Source of the DNA: Octopus bimaculoides
Taxonomy: Eukaryota
Direction: 5' to 3'
NCBI RefSeq assembly: GCF_001194135.2
Contig: NC_068986.1
Coordinates: 22,636,152 to 22,700,151 of the forward strand
Length of the DNA: 64,000 bases
The notes under the pieces were generated by a model, which saw only the letters and a program-made list of their open reading frames with translations, made no database searches and was not told where the DNA came from. Positions within the stretch are counted from its first letter, which is position 1. Every line of letters starts with the position of its first letter. The position numbers and the translations under genes were made by a program. Of the stretch, positions 51,255-63,092 are shown piece by piece.

Positions 51255-52309
51255 GTCAATCAAGATTTATAATGGTGGGCATTAAGTTTGGTGATATTTA
51301 AAAAACTTATTTTTAGTAACATCTTAAAATATTTCTAATACCCATATTTACATGTGCACATACAAACCTAATTCTAGAAATCTTTAGAAATGCTTTTTAA
51401 AAATCTATTTTAAAGCAGTTTTAAAACTGCATTGTTAATATTTTGTTTCTCTTTAGAATATGAATATGTATATATGTATGTGAGTGTGTGTATGCATGTA
51501 TATATGTGTTTGTATATCTGTATATAAAAATGTGAAATAGCTGTGTGTTTGTTCCTATTTAGATTGTGCAAAACAAAACCCACGAAACAGATATATTATT
51601 TTCCTCCTTATAGCTTTCAGGGAATATTTTTATAACATTTGAAATATAGCTGCCAAATGTGTCTTTAAGCCACACTCTACTGTGTTCAAGGACAGGAGAT
51701 GGAGAAAGACAGAAAGTTTAGAGGGAGTGGTAGGAGTGAAAAGCATAAATTGCAAAAGTTGGGAAAGAGTTGTTGCATCAGCAACAGAAAGATTAGAAAA
51801 TACATTTGTGCAGCATAAAGCTCTGTTTTTCTGCATTCTTCAGTCTCTCTTTAATATTTCTTTCTCTTTTTCTTGGTCTTTCTTTAGAATAGTGAAATAG
51901 ATTCAGAGAATGAGAGATAAAGGAAAAGAGGGGAATACTGGTGGTGGTGATGATGGTGAACCATTAGCATAAGCACTTTGTTGCAAAATTCTTCTTGAAT
52001 GAACTCCCCAGACTCCACAGGCTAGAATAATGTTGATTATGCACATTCTATAAAGTGGCTGGTGAACAAGCAGAGACAAGGTAGGGACAAAAGGTTTTGT
52101 CAAGGATATGATAGCCTCTCTGGGGTTGGTGCCACAATACCATGCACCCAGTACACTCTTTACAGTGGTGGTTGTTAAGAAGGATATCGTGCTGTAGACA
52201 GCAAACCTAAAATGAAACCAGTGCAATACGTGGTTCCCTGATCCATCTAAAAATGCAATGGCTCTGAATAAGAACCGACTTAGATCTTAATGACCCATTT
52301 ACTGCATTC

Positions 52310-52465
52310 CAGAACGGTTGGCATTAGGAAGAACATCCAGCCATAGAAACCATGCAAATACAGACTCTGGATCATGAAGTAGTTCTTGGATCCATCGGAC
52401 CCTGTCAAACTGTCCAACCCATGCCAGCATGGAACATGGGTGTTAACTGATGAGGATGATGATGA
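52310..52465 (+). mobile_element. Diverged RTE-type 3' tail
   Basis: ggttggcattaggaagaacatccagcc ... ccaacccatgccagcatggaacatgggtgttaactgatgaggatgatgat. Confidence 0.7.
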
Positions 52466-52702
52466 TATATATGCACATATTTATATGTACATGTGTGCAT
52501 ATATATGTATTTATGTGTTTTTCTGTGTGTTACTATTTCATTTCTGAAGGCAACAGCTTCAAATGAATGCACTTTACTGTAGTTTTATCTCCCATTTGCA
52601 CCTCCAACCACACACACACACACACACACACACTTGTACAAATATATGCATTAATATTTATATATACATTTGTGTGTGTGTACGTATGTATGTATATGCA
52701 GA

Positions 52703-52840
52703 TCATCATCATCATTTAACGTCCATGTTCCATGCTAGCATAGGTAGGACAGTCCCACAGAAGCTGGCCAGGCAGAAGCCTGCACCAAACTTTTGTGACT
52801 GTTTTGGCAAGATTTTTACAGCTGGATGCCCTTCCTAACA
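52703..52840 (-). mobile_element. Diverged RTE-type 3' tail
   Basis: catcatcatcatttaacgtccatgttccatgctagc ... tacagctggatgcccttcctaacacca. Confidence 0.75.
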
Positions 52841-52886
<46 letters not shown>

Positions 52887-53015
52887 ATAGAGTCAGGAGG
52901 TATGAGAGGTGAATATTTATTAATTTAACCTGACCTTTTTTTATGTAGTATTAATTTCAGCATGTAGGAAATTATGTGTTCATGTTTGCATTAATATGTA
53001 TGCTCAGCATTAAAC

Positions 53016-53280
53016 CAGGGTTGTGGAGTCGAAACAAAAACCATCGGCTCTGACTCCTCTACTATTGACACCTCCCATTCTGACTTTATGTAATTAAGTG
53101 ACTGTGGTCTACATATCTCATAAAGCATACGCTTGTACTTTGAGTAGGCCTATATGTTATAACTGGTTTATAATTAAACAATAAAGATATTGTGAGTCAG
53201 AGTTGGTATAGTTTTACTGACTCCAACTCCGACTACCTCTTAATTGTTTCCGACTCCGAGACTCTGACTCTACAGCCCTA
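53016..53280. mobile_element. hAT-type MITE with perfect 8-bp TSD
   Basis: Left end CAGGGTTGTGGAGTCG, right end reverse complement TAGGGCTGTAGAGTCA, subterminal GACTCC repeats; CATTAAAC at 53008-53015 and 53281-53288. Confidence 0.88.
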
Positions 53281-53407
53281 CATTAAACAATAAATTGTAC
53301 AGTTCATCAGATCACTTTAACATCATCATTACATCAGCAGTTCAACTCTAATTGTCCATACAAAATTCACTCCTTTATATATATATGTATGTATGTGTGT
53401 GTATGTG

Positions 53408-53475
<68 letters not shown>

Positions 53476-54150
53476 CACACACACACACACACACACACAA
53501 TGTGTGGAATGCCACAACTAGACAATAATTACATCAATTTGGTCAGTAATATTTAAACATAACAGTAAAGACACATTGTGTTGCTATTATTATAGAAAAA
53601 TTATTCTTTTCATAATAGCCTTGTATCACTTAAGTTAAAGTGCTTGATAGAAATTAAGTAATTAACCATCCTTAATTTAAGCAAAATAACAAGAAGAAAT
53701 AATATAATGTAGAAATATATAAAAATAGAAAATGCAAATAATAGAGAAGAATTTTTTTTTACCAAAGTAGTTACATGGATATGTAAGTAGGGGACAAAAT
53801 AGCTAGTGATTTAAAGATTCTATGGAATTCATGGATGAATGCATAAGCACAGGGAAGTATAACTAATATGAAGGAATTGTGTTGTACAACAATAAACGTC
53901 TATAGGAAGTCAACAAGGTCACAAAATACATGACAGAAAGCATTTGAACTTTCAAGAATTTTACGACCACACCTCAATATAATTTTCAGCGTATTAGTCT
54001 GAAATAAACAAAGTACATAAACACATATAAATAGAAACATGTCTACAGAAGCATTTGTACTAGATATAAATATACACACACATGTACACGCTCACAACCA
54101 TATATATATTGATAGGAAGGACAACAAAAAAAGAAGACCTCGATATATAT

Positions 54151-54311
54151 ATCATCATCATCATCATCATCATCATCATCGTTTAACGTCCGCTTTCCAT
54201 GCTAGCATGGGTTGGACGATTTGACTGAGGACTGGTGAAACCGGATGGCAACACCAGGCTCCAATCTAATTTGGCAGAGTTTCTACAGCTGGATGCCCTT
54301 CCTAACGCCAA

Positions 54312-54312
<1 letters not shown>
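54151..54312 (-). mobile_element. Young RTE 3' tail
   Basis: (CAT)n plus 132 nt that are the reverse complement of 44334-44465 with one mismatch. Confidence 0.9.
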
Positions 54313-54354
<42 letters not shown>

Positions 54355-54614
54355 AGCAAAAAAGTAACAGGCGACAACAAAATATCCGGACAGTTAGACT
54401 ATACAAAAAAGGACAGGTCATTTGAAGCTTCCTATCTTCAGTCGAGTTTCAGATCATCTTTGCAGTTTTGTCCAGTTATACTCGAGACTGCTCCAATCTG
54501 ATTGCCCCCAAGAAAATCTGAGCTAAGAGCACTAGACTTCTTGGAAGAAAGCAAGGATGAAAAAAAACAGAGAAATGGTACACAGTTACAAATACAAACA
54601 ACAGAACATTAACG

Positions 54615-54654
<40 letters not shown>

Positions 54655-55986
54655 GATACAAATAATATGTGAGTATATGCATATATACGTACATGTATGT
54701 ACATACCTACATCTACATGTATATATAGATGCATATCTGGGTACAGGACCTCACAAAAAAAAATGTGGACAAAATGAAAAACAGAACATAAACAGAGCAC
54801 AGAAAACAAACAGGCCACATAAAGAATATTTCCTTCATCAGCTGCCCTTATTCTAAACTAAGCGTTTCAAAGAGTTAACAAACTAACTAGTCAAGGTAAT
54901 CTCTATGAAATATTCATACTGACAAGTAGTGTTTAATGCCACCTAAACACGGCTGTTCCCTAGGAACCGACGGTACTGCTATTTTTAACCCTAAGAGGAC
55001 ACCTCTTCCAGCTGGTTATCTAGTGCACTCTGCCTTTGCACTTGATATGTATTGCAAGGTTTGACAGGAGCTGGCAAGCCAGAGGACTGCACCAAGCTCC
55101 ACTCTCTTTTAGCATGGTTTTTACAGTTGGTATTCCCTAACACCAACCATTTTACGGTGTGTGTCTATCTATCTATTTATCTATACCCCCCCCCCCACAT
55201 ATATATAGATGTATATGTCTTTCTATGTAAGTGTGTGTGTACTTTTATGTGTGGCTCTATTTGTTCTGACTTTGTGTTCTGAGGTTATTTTAACTTTTCA
55301 TTCTTTTGAGGGCTAAAAACAATTATACCAGTCTTGAATTGGAAGATTGGCAGAATTGTCACTTTAAGTTACACCCTGACCTCCCCCTAAATGATGATCT
55401 TTCTATTAGGAGTTATAACTGGCAGATAGTACCAGCAATGTGAAAACCAATGGGAGTACTGTTTCAATTGTTTGATTGGATTGGAAAGTCAGCCAACTGC
55501 CACCATGTGTGCGTGTGTGTTTTAACACCATTTTGCATCTGCTTTTCCATCCTTGCATGAGTTGGACAGGTTTTGTTTTCACTTAGCTATAGTTTTAGTT
55601 TTTTTTTTTTTTTTGGTCTCATTCACACTCTAAGTGCATACACATGTTCACGTATATGCATTTATAAAGATATATTTATATGTCTGTGTGTGTATTTTGC
55701 CACTTTTGTTTCTTTATCAGCTCCTTTATGAGGTTCAGCATTCTTTGTCATTTCTTCCCATTCTTCTCTGGTTTTCCTCTTCAGTACATTCCACCTGCTC
55801 ATGCTTCTTGGTGGGTCGTCATCCCTATTTGTCATATATCCTTACCAATGCAGACCCTTGTACTCCTCTACAGCTCTCTGCTGCCCACTTTAACTTTAGT
55901 TAATATTGCACTCCTATCACAGCATGCTCACTCTATTTGCTTTTTAATTTTCACCTGTCCACCTCAAGTGCAGGTATGTTGCCCCT

Positions 55987-56096
55987 CATGCAATGTCATG
56001 CTTCATGCAATGTCATGCTTCATGCAATGTCATGCTTCATGCAATGTCATGCTTCATGCAATGTCATGCTTCATGCAATGTCATGCTTCATGCAAT
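55987..56096. repeat. Perfect 17-bp minisatellite (CATGCAATGTCATGCTT), 6 full units plus 8 nt
   Basis: Units start at 55987, 56004, 56021, 56038, 56055, 56072; partial at 56089. Confidence 0.95.
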
Positions 56097-56291
56097 CAGC
56101 TCTTGTTTCAAATAGACAATCTCATTGTTACCAGCAGAGATAAAAGCTCCCTGAAATTTTACATGCCATCCTTACTCTTGTTACTGGGCTTCCAACCTGC
56201 CCCTCCAGTGTATCATCCCTTATTTTTCTGATATCTCTGATCCAAACCATCACATTCCATTTCTTCCCTCTCTCACTTCTTTCCATTTTAA

Positions 56292-56709
56292 CCCTTTAGT
56301 ATATAAACTGGTCTTATCCATCCCAAAGCAAAGTCAACCAAAGAAAACGTGGAGGGGACAGGTGGAGCAGGAGATTGGGAGGGTTGGATTGAGGAAGGAG
56401 GATGCCCAAAACCAGGCGAGATGGCATGAGGGCAGTTGCTGTAGAAGTGAGGTAGATCTGGCCACCTTTAATCGGGACAAACTTGGATTTAAAATATTGG
56501 ACTTTGATATCCAGTCCAAATATTCTACATATTTTATGTTCAAACTGGCCAGATCTGGCTTCTCACATCTACCCTACAAGGTTATTTTAAAATACACAAT
56601 CACATCATCAAAATCTCACAGCTGTGAGATAATGAATGATTAATTAAAAACAATGTGAAAAAATAAACATTACATTTGCATGCTGAAGGTTAATTTGAAT
56701 GCTAAAGGG
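56292..56709. mobile_element. piggyBac-type MITE containing an RTE C-terminal fragment
   Basis: TTAA|CCCTTTAG ... CTAAAGGG|TTAA; internal ~56335-56475 translates to QPKKTWRGQVEQEIGRVGLRKEDAQNQARWHEG. Confidence 0.8.
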
Positions 56710-57453
56710 TTAAAGTGTGCCCACAACTAGCACATCTTCTTCATTTACAATTCTTCCTCCCCTACATCTCATTTCCCTCTCAGACACCTTCCTTGCTCCT
56801 GACCCTCTATCAACATGTGCTGTTTTCTTTCTGACACCACCACCCTCATCAGACATAACCACCACACTTTTTACATTAAGGAGTCTTTCTGTTGCACCTC
56901 GGTCTCCGGTCTCCAAGTGCCACATCTCTCACCCCTACTTTCAGAGTAAAGCAGAGCTTCTCTAGCTAAAAGTTCACTAGCTTTCTCCCTCTCAGTACCC
57001 CTCTTTCTCTCTCTCACTCAATACCCACACACACATGTGTATGTGTGTGTGTGTGTGTGTGTATTTTTTGGTATATAATTATACATTTATAATTATACAT
57101 GTCTATATATAAATATAATTATACAATTATCTCTTGTGTGTTTACGCATTTTTCACTCACTGGTGATACCCTGTACTTTGTGTATTTTTTATTTATTTAT
57201 AATTGAAAGCCACATACCCCTTGTCAACAATAAGTTTATATATATATCATCATCATCATCATTTAATGTCCGCTTTCCATGCTAGCATGGGCTGGACGAT
57301 TTGACTGAGGAATAAAAAGCTAAGCACTTTATGGACGCAAGACTGTTAGTTACTCTATGACCAGACATATATTTAACCCCATGTAAATACATTACTGCTC
57401 CTAACTTTTAGAGTGTGCTTCTTTTTGGGATGTGAGATCCACTGACAAGAGAG

Positions 57454-57456
<3 letters not shown>

Positions 57457-57517
<61 letters not shown>

Positions 57518-57577
57518 NNNNNNNNNNNNNNNNNNNNNNNNNNNNNNNNNNNNNNNNNNNNNNNNNNNNNNNNNNNN

Positions 57578-57620
<43 letters not shown>

Positions 57621-57647
57621 GCACGCACGCGCACACACACACACACA
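57457..57647. repeat. Compound (CA)n/(CT)n microsatellite spanning an N-gap; representative of many (TA)n, (CA)n, (GA)n, (CAT)n and (AAT)n tracts
   Basis: Directly visible. Other examples: 5808-5900, 21183-21240, 26721-26752, 31578-31620, 33841-33871, 52843-52882, 53378-53498. Confidence 0.95.
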
Positions 57648-57994
57648 AACAGTGAGATAGCTACATATATGTGCCTTATGCTTTAAATTTCCACTACCCA
57701 TTTACCTAACCAGCACTCCCCGTACTTCCTATGCCAGAATTCCACACCTATCAGCCTCTGCTCTCTTCTCTTATTTGACATAATAGGTGCCCCCCCTTTC
57801 CTTCCCTACCCTCACTGATTCAAACACTTCTCTATTCACTTTTCATTTTATCACTTTGGCACACAACTACACTTATGCACCAACATGTGAACACTGTGTG
57901 TGTGTGTGGCATTATCTATATGGCGTTAAGAGGAGCATAGTTCAGATGGATATTTGATACATTTTGGGTGTAGTGGATATGTTTATTAGCAATT

Positions 57995-58378
57995 GTTGTT
58001 GGCACTCCGTTGCTTACGACGCCAAGGGTTCCAGTTGATCCGATCAACGGAACAGCCTGCTCATGAAATTAACGTGCAAGTGGCTGAGCACTTCACAGAC
58101 ACGTGTACCCTTAACGTAGTTCTCGGGGATATTCAGCGTGACACAGTGTGACAAGGCTGACCCTTTGAATTACAGGTACAACAGAAACAGGAAGTAAGAG
58201 TGAGAGAAAGTTGTGGTGAAAGAGTACAGCAGGGTTCGCCACCATGCCCTGCCGGAGCGTCGTGGAGCTTTAGGTGTTTTTGCTCAATAAACACTCACAA
58301 CGCCCGGTCTGGGAATCGAAACCACGATCCAATGACCGCGAGTCCGCTGCCCTAACCACTGGGCCATTGCGCCTCCAC
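57995..58378 (-). mobile_element. Full-length tRNA-derived SINE (384 nt) with 11-bp TSD
   Basis: Head gtggaggcgcaatggcccagtggttagggcagcgg... with box A TGGCCCAGTGG and box B-like GGTTTCGATTCCC; (AAC)n tail; TATTAGCAATT at 57984-57994 and 58379-58389. Confidence 0.9.
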
Positions 58379-58582
58379 TATTAGCAATTAACCCTATAGA
58401 TAAGCTCACTTTTCTTCAGTGGGCCATTCTTGTAAGACTGGCCAAACTCAGCACCATCAAGGGCAGTGTACACTTGTTGACATTTTTAGCTTGCTCCATA
58501 TAGCCGAGCATCATCGATTCCACACACATACATTGTGTGTATGTTTGCGTGATTGTAGTGGATGCTGAGATGGTGTGTAGAC

Positions 58583-58766
58583 CAGTGCTCCACAACCTTT
58601 TCTCACTTGTGGTACACTTTCTTTTTGAAATCTGGCGGTACACCTGAACTAAAAATATAACTAAAAGTATATGAAGAAAAAAGTTATGCTCAGGTAAGAT
58701 TGTCGCATACCTGGCATCATCTCGTGGCACACCAGTGTGCCATGGCATACTGGTTACAGAGCATTG
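58583..58766. mobile_element. hAT (Charlie-like) MITE
   Basis: CAGTGCTCCACAACC ... GGTTACAGAGCATTG (11/15 as inverted repeat); flanks GTGTAGAC / GTGCAGAC; internal ggcacaccagtgtgcc palindrome. Confidence 0.78.
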
Positions 58767-59239
58767 GTGCAGACAGTGGTAAGCAGGTGGTTGGTTTTGG
58801 TTAAAATATGTTGTTGAGTTTGTAACCAGTACTATTATGGTGTGTATATGTGTGTACATGCATAGGTGTGACTGGCATGACTGCAATCTTAAATCACACA
58901 CACACTATATTCATACAATGTGCATGTTTGTGTGGATATATATAAGAATATTTGGGTGTTTAGTCATGTCACTGCATATGTGTATAGGTGTGTGTAATTT
59001 ATTAGGTGGTAAAATTTTTTTTGTTTGGGCAGAGTATGTATGTATGTATGTGTTATTAGGTATGTGTAGACGTGTGTATGTGTGTGTTTATGTATGCTTG
59101 TTGTGTATGCAGAGAAGAGAGAATGGTCAGTGTGCTTGTATGTAGTGTATAACTAATGAGAGTGGTTAGTGTGTGTATGTGTATATTTAGTGTTTGCTTT
59201 GTGGAGATAATGAGTTTATGATGTAAGTTTGGTAGTATT

Positions 59240-59630
59240 ATCATCATCAACGTAATTTGGCATCCGTTGTCCATGCTGGCATGGGTTGGATGGGGCTGCA
59301 CCAGATTCCAGTCTGATTTGGCAGTGTTTCTACAGCTGGATACCCTTCCTAATGTCAACCACTCTGAGAGCGTAATGGGTGCTTTTATGTGCCAGTTGCA
59401 TGGCACCAGTATCTGCCATGACTAGATTTCGCTTGGCTTGATGGATCCTCCTTCTCAAGCACAGCATATTGCCAAAAGTCTTGGCCATTTGTCCTTGCCT
59501 CTGTGAGGCCCTGCACTTGAAAGGTGTTTTTTATGTACCACCAGCACGGTTGCTAGTTTCACGATACCAGCATTGGTCACATTGCTTCTGTGAGGCTCAA
59601 TGCTCAAAAGGTGGTTTTTATGTTTCACGG
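59240..59630 (-). mobile_element. Diverged RTE 3' tail with UTR units
   Basis: catcatcaacgt...ccatgctggcatgggttggatgg...tttctacagctggatacccttcctaatgtcaaccactctgagag, then unit-like sequence. Confidence 0.75.
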
Positions 59631-62600
59631 GTTTATATGTCAAGTGGTATGTGAGTATGTAAATGGTTATTTCTATGAGATGTCCTGTTCAATTATATTT
59701 CAAGTAAACTTAGAAAGAAGAAGGTTAAAGATGATGTTTCTGTTATCACACAATTCAGGCTACCGGTCATTAAATGAGGATGTCAGGGCAAAATGCTTAA
59801 CAGCATTTCATTTGTCTTCATGTTCTGAATTCAAATTACATCGAGGTTGACTTTGCTTTTCATCCTTTTGAAATCTTGGGGTTGATGTAACTGACTTTAC
59901 TCCCTCCCCCAAAATTACTGGCCTTGTGCCAAAACTTGAAGTCAGTATATGAGGAGGTCTCTGATCTCCTGTTGTTGTGTTGGGGTTTTTTCCCCTAGTA
60001 ATGTTAGTGTCTGTATGTTGGTCTGTCTGTAGTGTCTATGTTAGTGTATGTGTATGACGATATGTTTGTGTATATATATATATATATATCACCTTTATAT
60101 GTTGGCTTGTGTGCACACGTGTGCGTGTATGCATGTGCCTGCTGTTTATTGTATATGTAGGTTTTTGCATGTGAATGTATGTTTATGTGTATTTGTGGAT
60201 TATGTACTAGAGGCCAGAGTGTTTATTGTGTGTTTAAGGTTTAGTGTGTAGGTTGTCTTCATTTATTTTTGGCGGTATATATTATGTTGGCATATGCATA
60301 GATATGTTTGATGTTGAAAGGGGTTTCTTTATATGTATGTTTATGTGTATGTGTGAAAGTTTTATTCAGGTTAGTTTGGTTTATATGACATGTGTACACT
60401 ATATACCTTCAAATTATCTGTCTCTGATGGCTTAACTACTATAAGTAGAGTTACTGAAACTGACTGAGGTCACATGTTTGTGCATGTACACATGTGTATG
60501 GACAACTGTTGTTGGTTTGTTTATGTCTTGTAAAAAGATGACAGTAGAATTAGTATAGGCACACATATGATATTCAGTATTCATCAGGTGTGTGTATGTA
60601 CCGTATTTTAACATGTATTAGGAACCCTTTTTTGTCAAAAATTAGATTTAAAAAATATGGGAGTTTCTTATACACGAATAGTATTATAATCCCTTACAAA
60701 ATCCTTTTTCCAAATTTTAAGCCCCAAAAGTTAGAGGGTTCCTTATTCATGTTAAAATATGGTAAATGAGTGTATATACAAATATTTATGTACTTAGTGT
60801 CAACACTCGAAGGGAGATAGATGCCTCAGGTGATGACATGGGTTAACCTTATGCCTTAACCTTATGCATGGGTTAACCTTGTATGCCTTAAGTTTACCCA
60901 TAACACAGCTGATGTTCTAAAGATTTCTGTTTTTACTCATGATGGGTGCGGGTTGTTTTTGCATCTGAAGAGCAACTTTGACATAAGTGTATAAAATGAT
61001 TAATAGTGTATCCTGCAAATTATATTATCTCTAATAAATTCTACCAAACTAGCATTGAGTGCTCTCATCTCTTATATATGATAATTACACTTACCGTTTG
61101 TGTGTCTGTACGCACGTGCGTGCGCCAATGTGTGTAAATTAAGTTTTGTTTCTTTGTTGAGAGACCTTGTATATACATGTGTATAACACTTATATATCTC
61201 ATTTGACACATGCAAACATGGAAAAGTAGGCATTAGAATAATGACAACAACAACAATGGTGATGGTAGTGGTGGTGGTGGTGGTGGTGGTGGTGATACAC
61301 GTACGAACATCCGGGTGTGTAATATACTCACTGTGTGTATGTGTGTTTAATGACATATGCATGTACCTGTGTGTGTGTGTCAGTGTGTGTAACCACAGCA
61401 ACGGCGTTCTTTTTTCTCCAAGCAAGGAAAACAGGAAGAAATGTCCATTCTTCGTTGTCATAGACCTTTAGTCACCCTTTGAACACAGGATTTATTCAGC
61501 CACACAAGGAAACAGGAGCTCCTGTGTTTGTAGTATGTGTATGTTTATATGATTATATGTACCATAAATGGAAAGGGATATGTGAAATGTTTCCATTTAG
61601 TCAGTATGTTGGCCACTGTACACATCAGCCTATTGAGAAGAAACAACTATTGTTTTAAATTTCAATAACTTCCTTTTCAAATATTCATCATTTGCTATTC
61701 GTAATGCATTATGAAGGTATGTTCTAGCTTCTGACTGAAGTAAATTCTTTCTTTTGTGTATAGTAACAGTAGCTTGGTAAGATTCATTCCTAAATTCTGA
61801 TGCTCTGTTGATGATGTAATAATAGAGATTTCTCCTATGTCTCTTGATCCCTGAATATATTCTGAAAGTCTCTAGTGTTTTCTGTCTTCATTGAACAGAA
61901 TATCCTATTATGCCTGAGCTTGCTATTTTCAAGAAGTGTTCTTTGTATTTATCAGTTAGAGTTTAAAACTCTATATTTTTGCTATTACACATGAATTCTT
62001 TTACTTACAGTAATTTTACATTCACAGTTCAAATATTTTGTATGCACCTTTTATTTACATTTATATTGTTACTGAACGGTTGACAAAATTTTGGGTTGCT
62101 TAGGAAATATTTTCCGACCTGAGAGAAAATGTTTTGCACTATTAACATTTATATAATGATATATATGATGGATTATAACTTAATGCATGCCTCTTAATGG
62201 TGTTTCTGGGTCAGTTGCTAGTTATTGTTTGTAATTCTTTAATTCCTTCCTGATATTGGTTAAGGCTCATAGTTCTCTGTTGTCAGTTGCATGGTAAATG
62301 TAACATTATCATGGAACAATATACTCATACTTCTTGTTGAAAGTTATAGCTATATGTTTGTTGTTTGGTCAGTAATTACATTGTATATGGTTAAAGGATG
62401 GAATGGTGTTATGTTTCTTAATGATTTTGGATTGTTTCAAGTTTGGTTTAAGCATAAGGAAATTTATCATTCTATAGTTTATGTTGACTGTCATACATAG
62501 CCCAAATTCTCTCAATATAATTATTTTTGTTTCCTGATGACATCAAACTGTTTAGGCTATAAGAAAGTTATAAGCCCATCATCTCTGTATAGGCCCACAT

Positions 62601-63028
62601 TGTTTTTTGCTTCATTGAGCAAGACTAGTCCCACAGGTTCAGATTTCTTCTTAGCACAACTGCTTAGTTGTTAGGCAAGAGTCTCTACAATAACCTTGGC
62701 TTGACCAGAACTTTGTTAGTGAACTTGGGAAGATGGAAATGTTGAGAAAGTTAAACAGATAGACTGTAGATTATGATAGCTTATGATTTTGATTCTCTTG
62801 AAGGTTGTTAAGGTTATATGTATCTGTGGAATATTTGGTTAATAATTACAATAATTATGTAGCTAAACTGATCAAACAAGAATACTTATAAATGAAACTG
62901 ACACAAGATTCATTCGCATTTATTTACTCTGTGTGTGTGTACATATGCAATTGTGTATATATATATGTGTGTGTATACATGTACATGCATCAATGTGAAT
63001 GTCTGTATATAAATATAATTATACAACA

Positions 63029-63092
63029 GTCAAGTCGTCCAACCCATGCTAGCATGGAAAGCGGACGTTAAACGATGATGATGATGATGATG
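63029..63092 (+). mobile_element. Very short RTE terminus (heavily 5'-truncated)
   Basis: gtcaagtcgtccaacccatgctagcatggaaagcggacgttaaacgatgatgatgatgatgatg. Confidence 0.8.

Noticed and set aside
54825-54875. Minus-strand GAAAC...CTGATGA as a possible hammerhead ribozyme in a Penelope-like remnant
   Set aside because: I could not build stems I-III with the conserved G-C closing pair; an Infernal search against Rfam hammerhead models would settle it.
58300-58378. tRNA-like sequence
   Set aside because: It is the head of the SINE at 57995-58378, continuous with a body, tail and TSD; not a tRNA gene.
60837-60893. Short duplication catgggttaacctt(g)tatgccttaa x2
   Set aside because: A 30-nt local slippage duplication with nothing further to support function.
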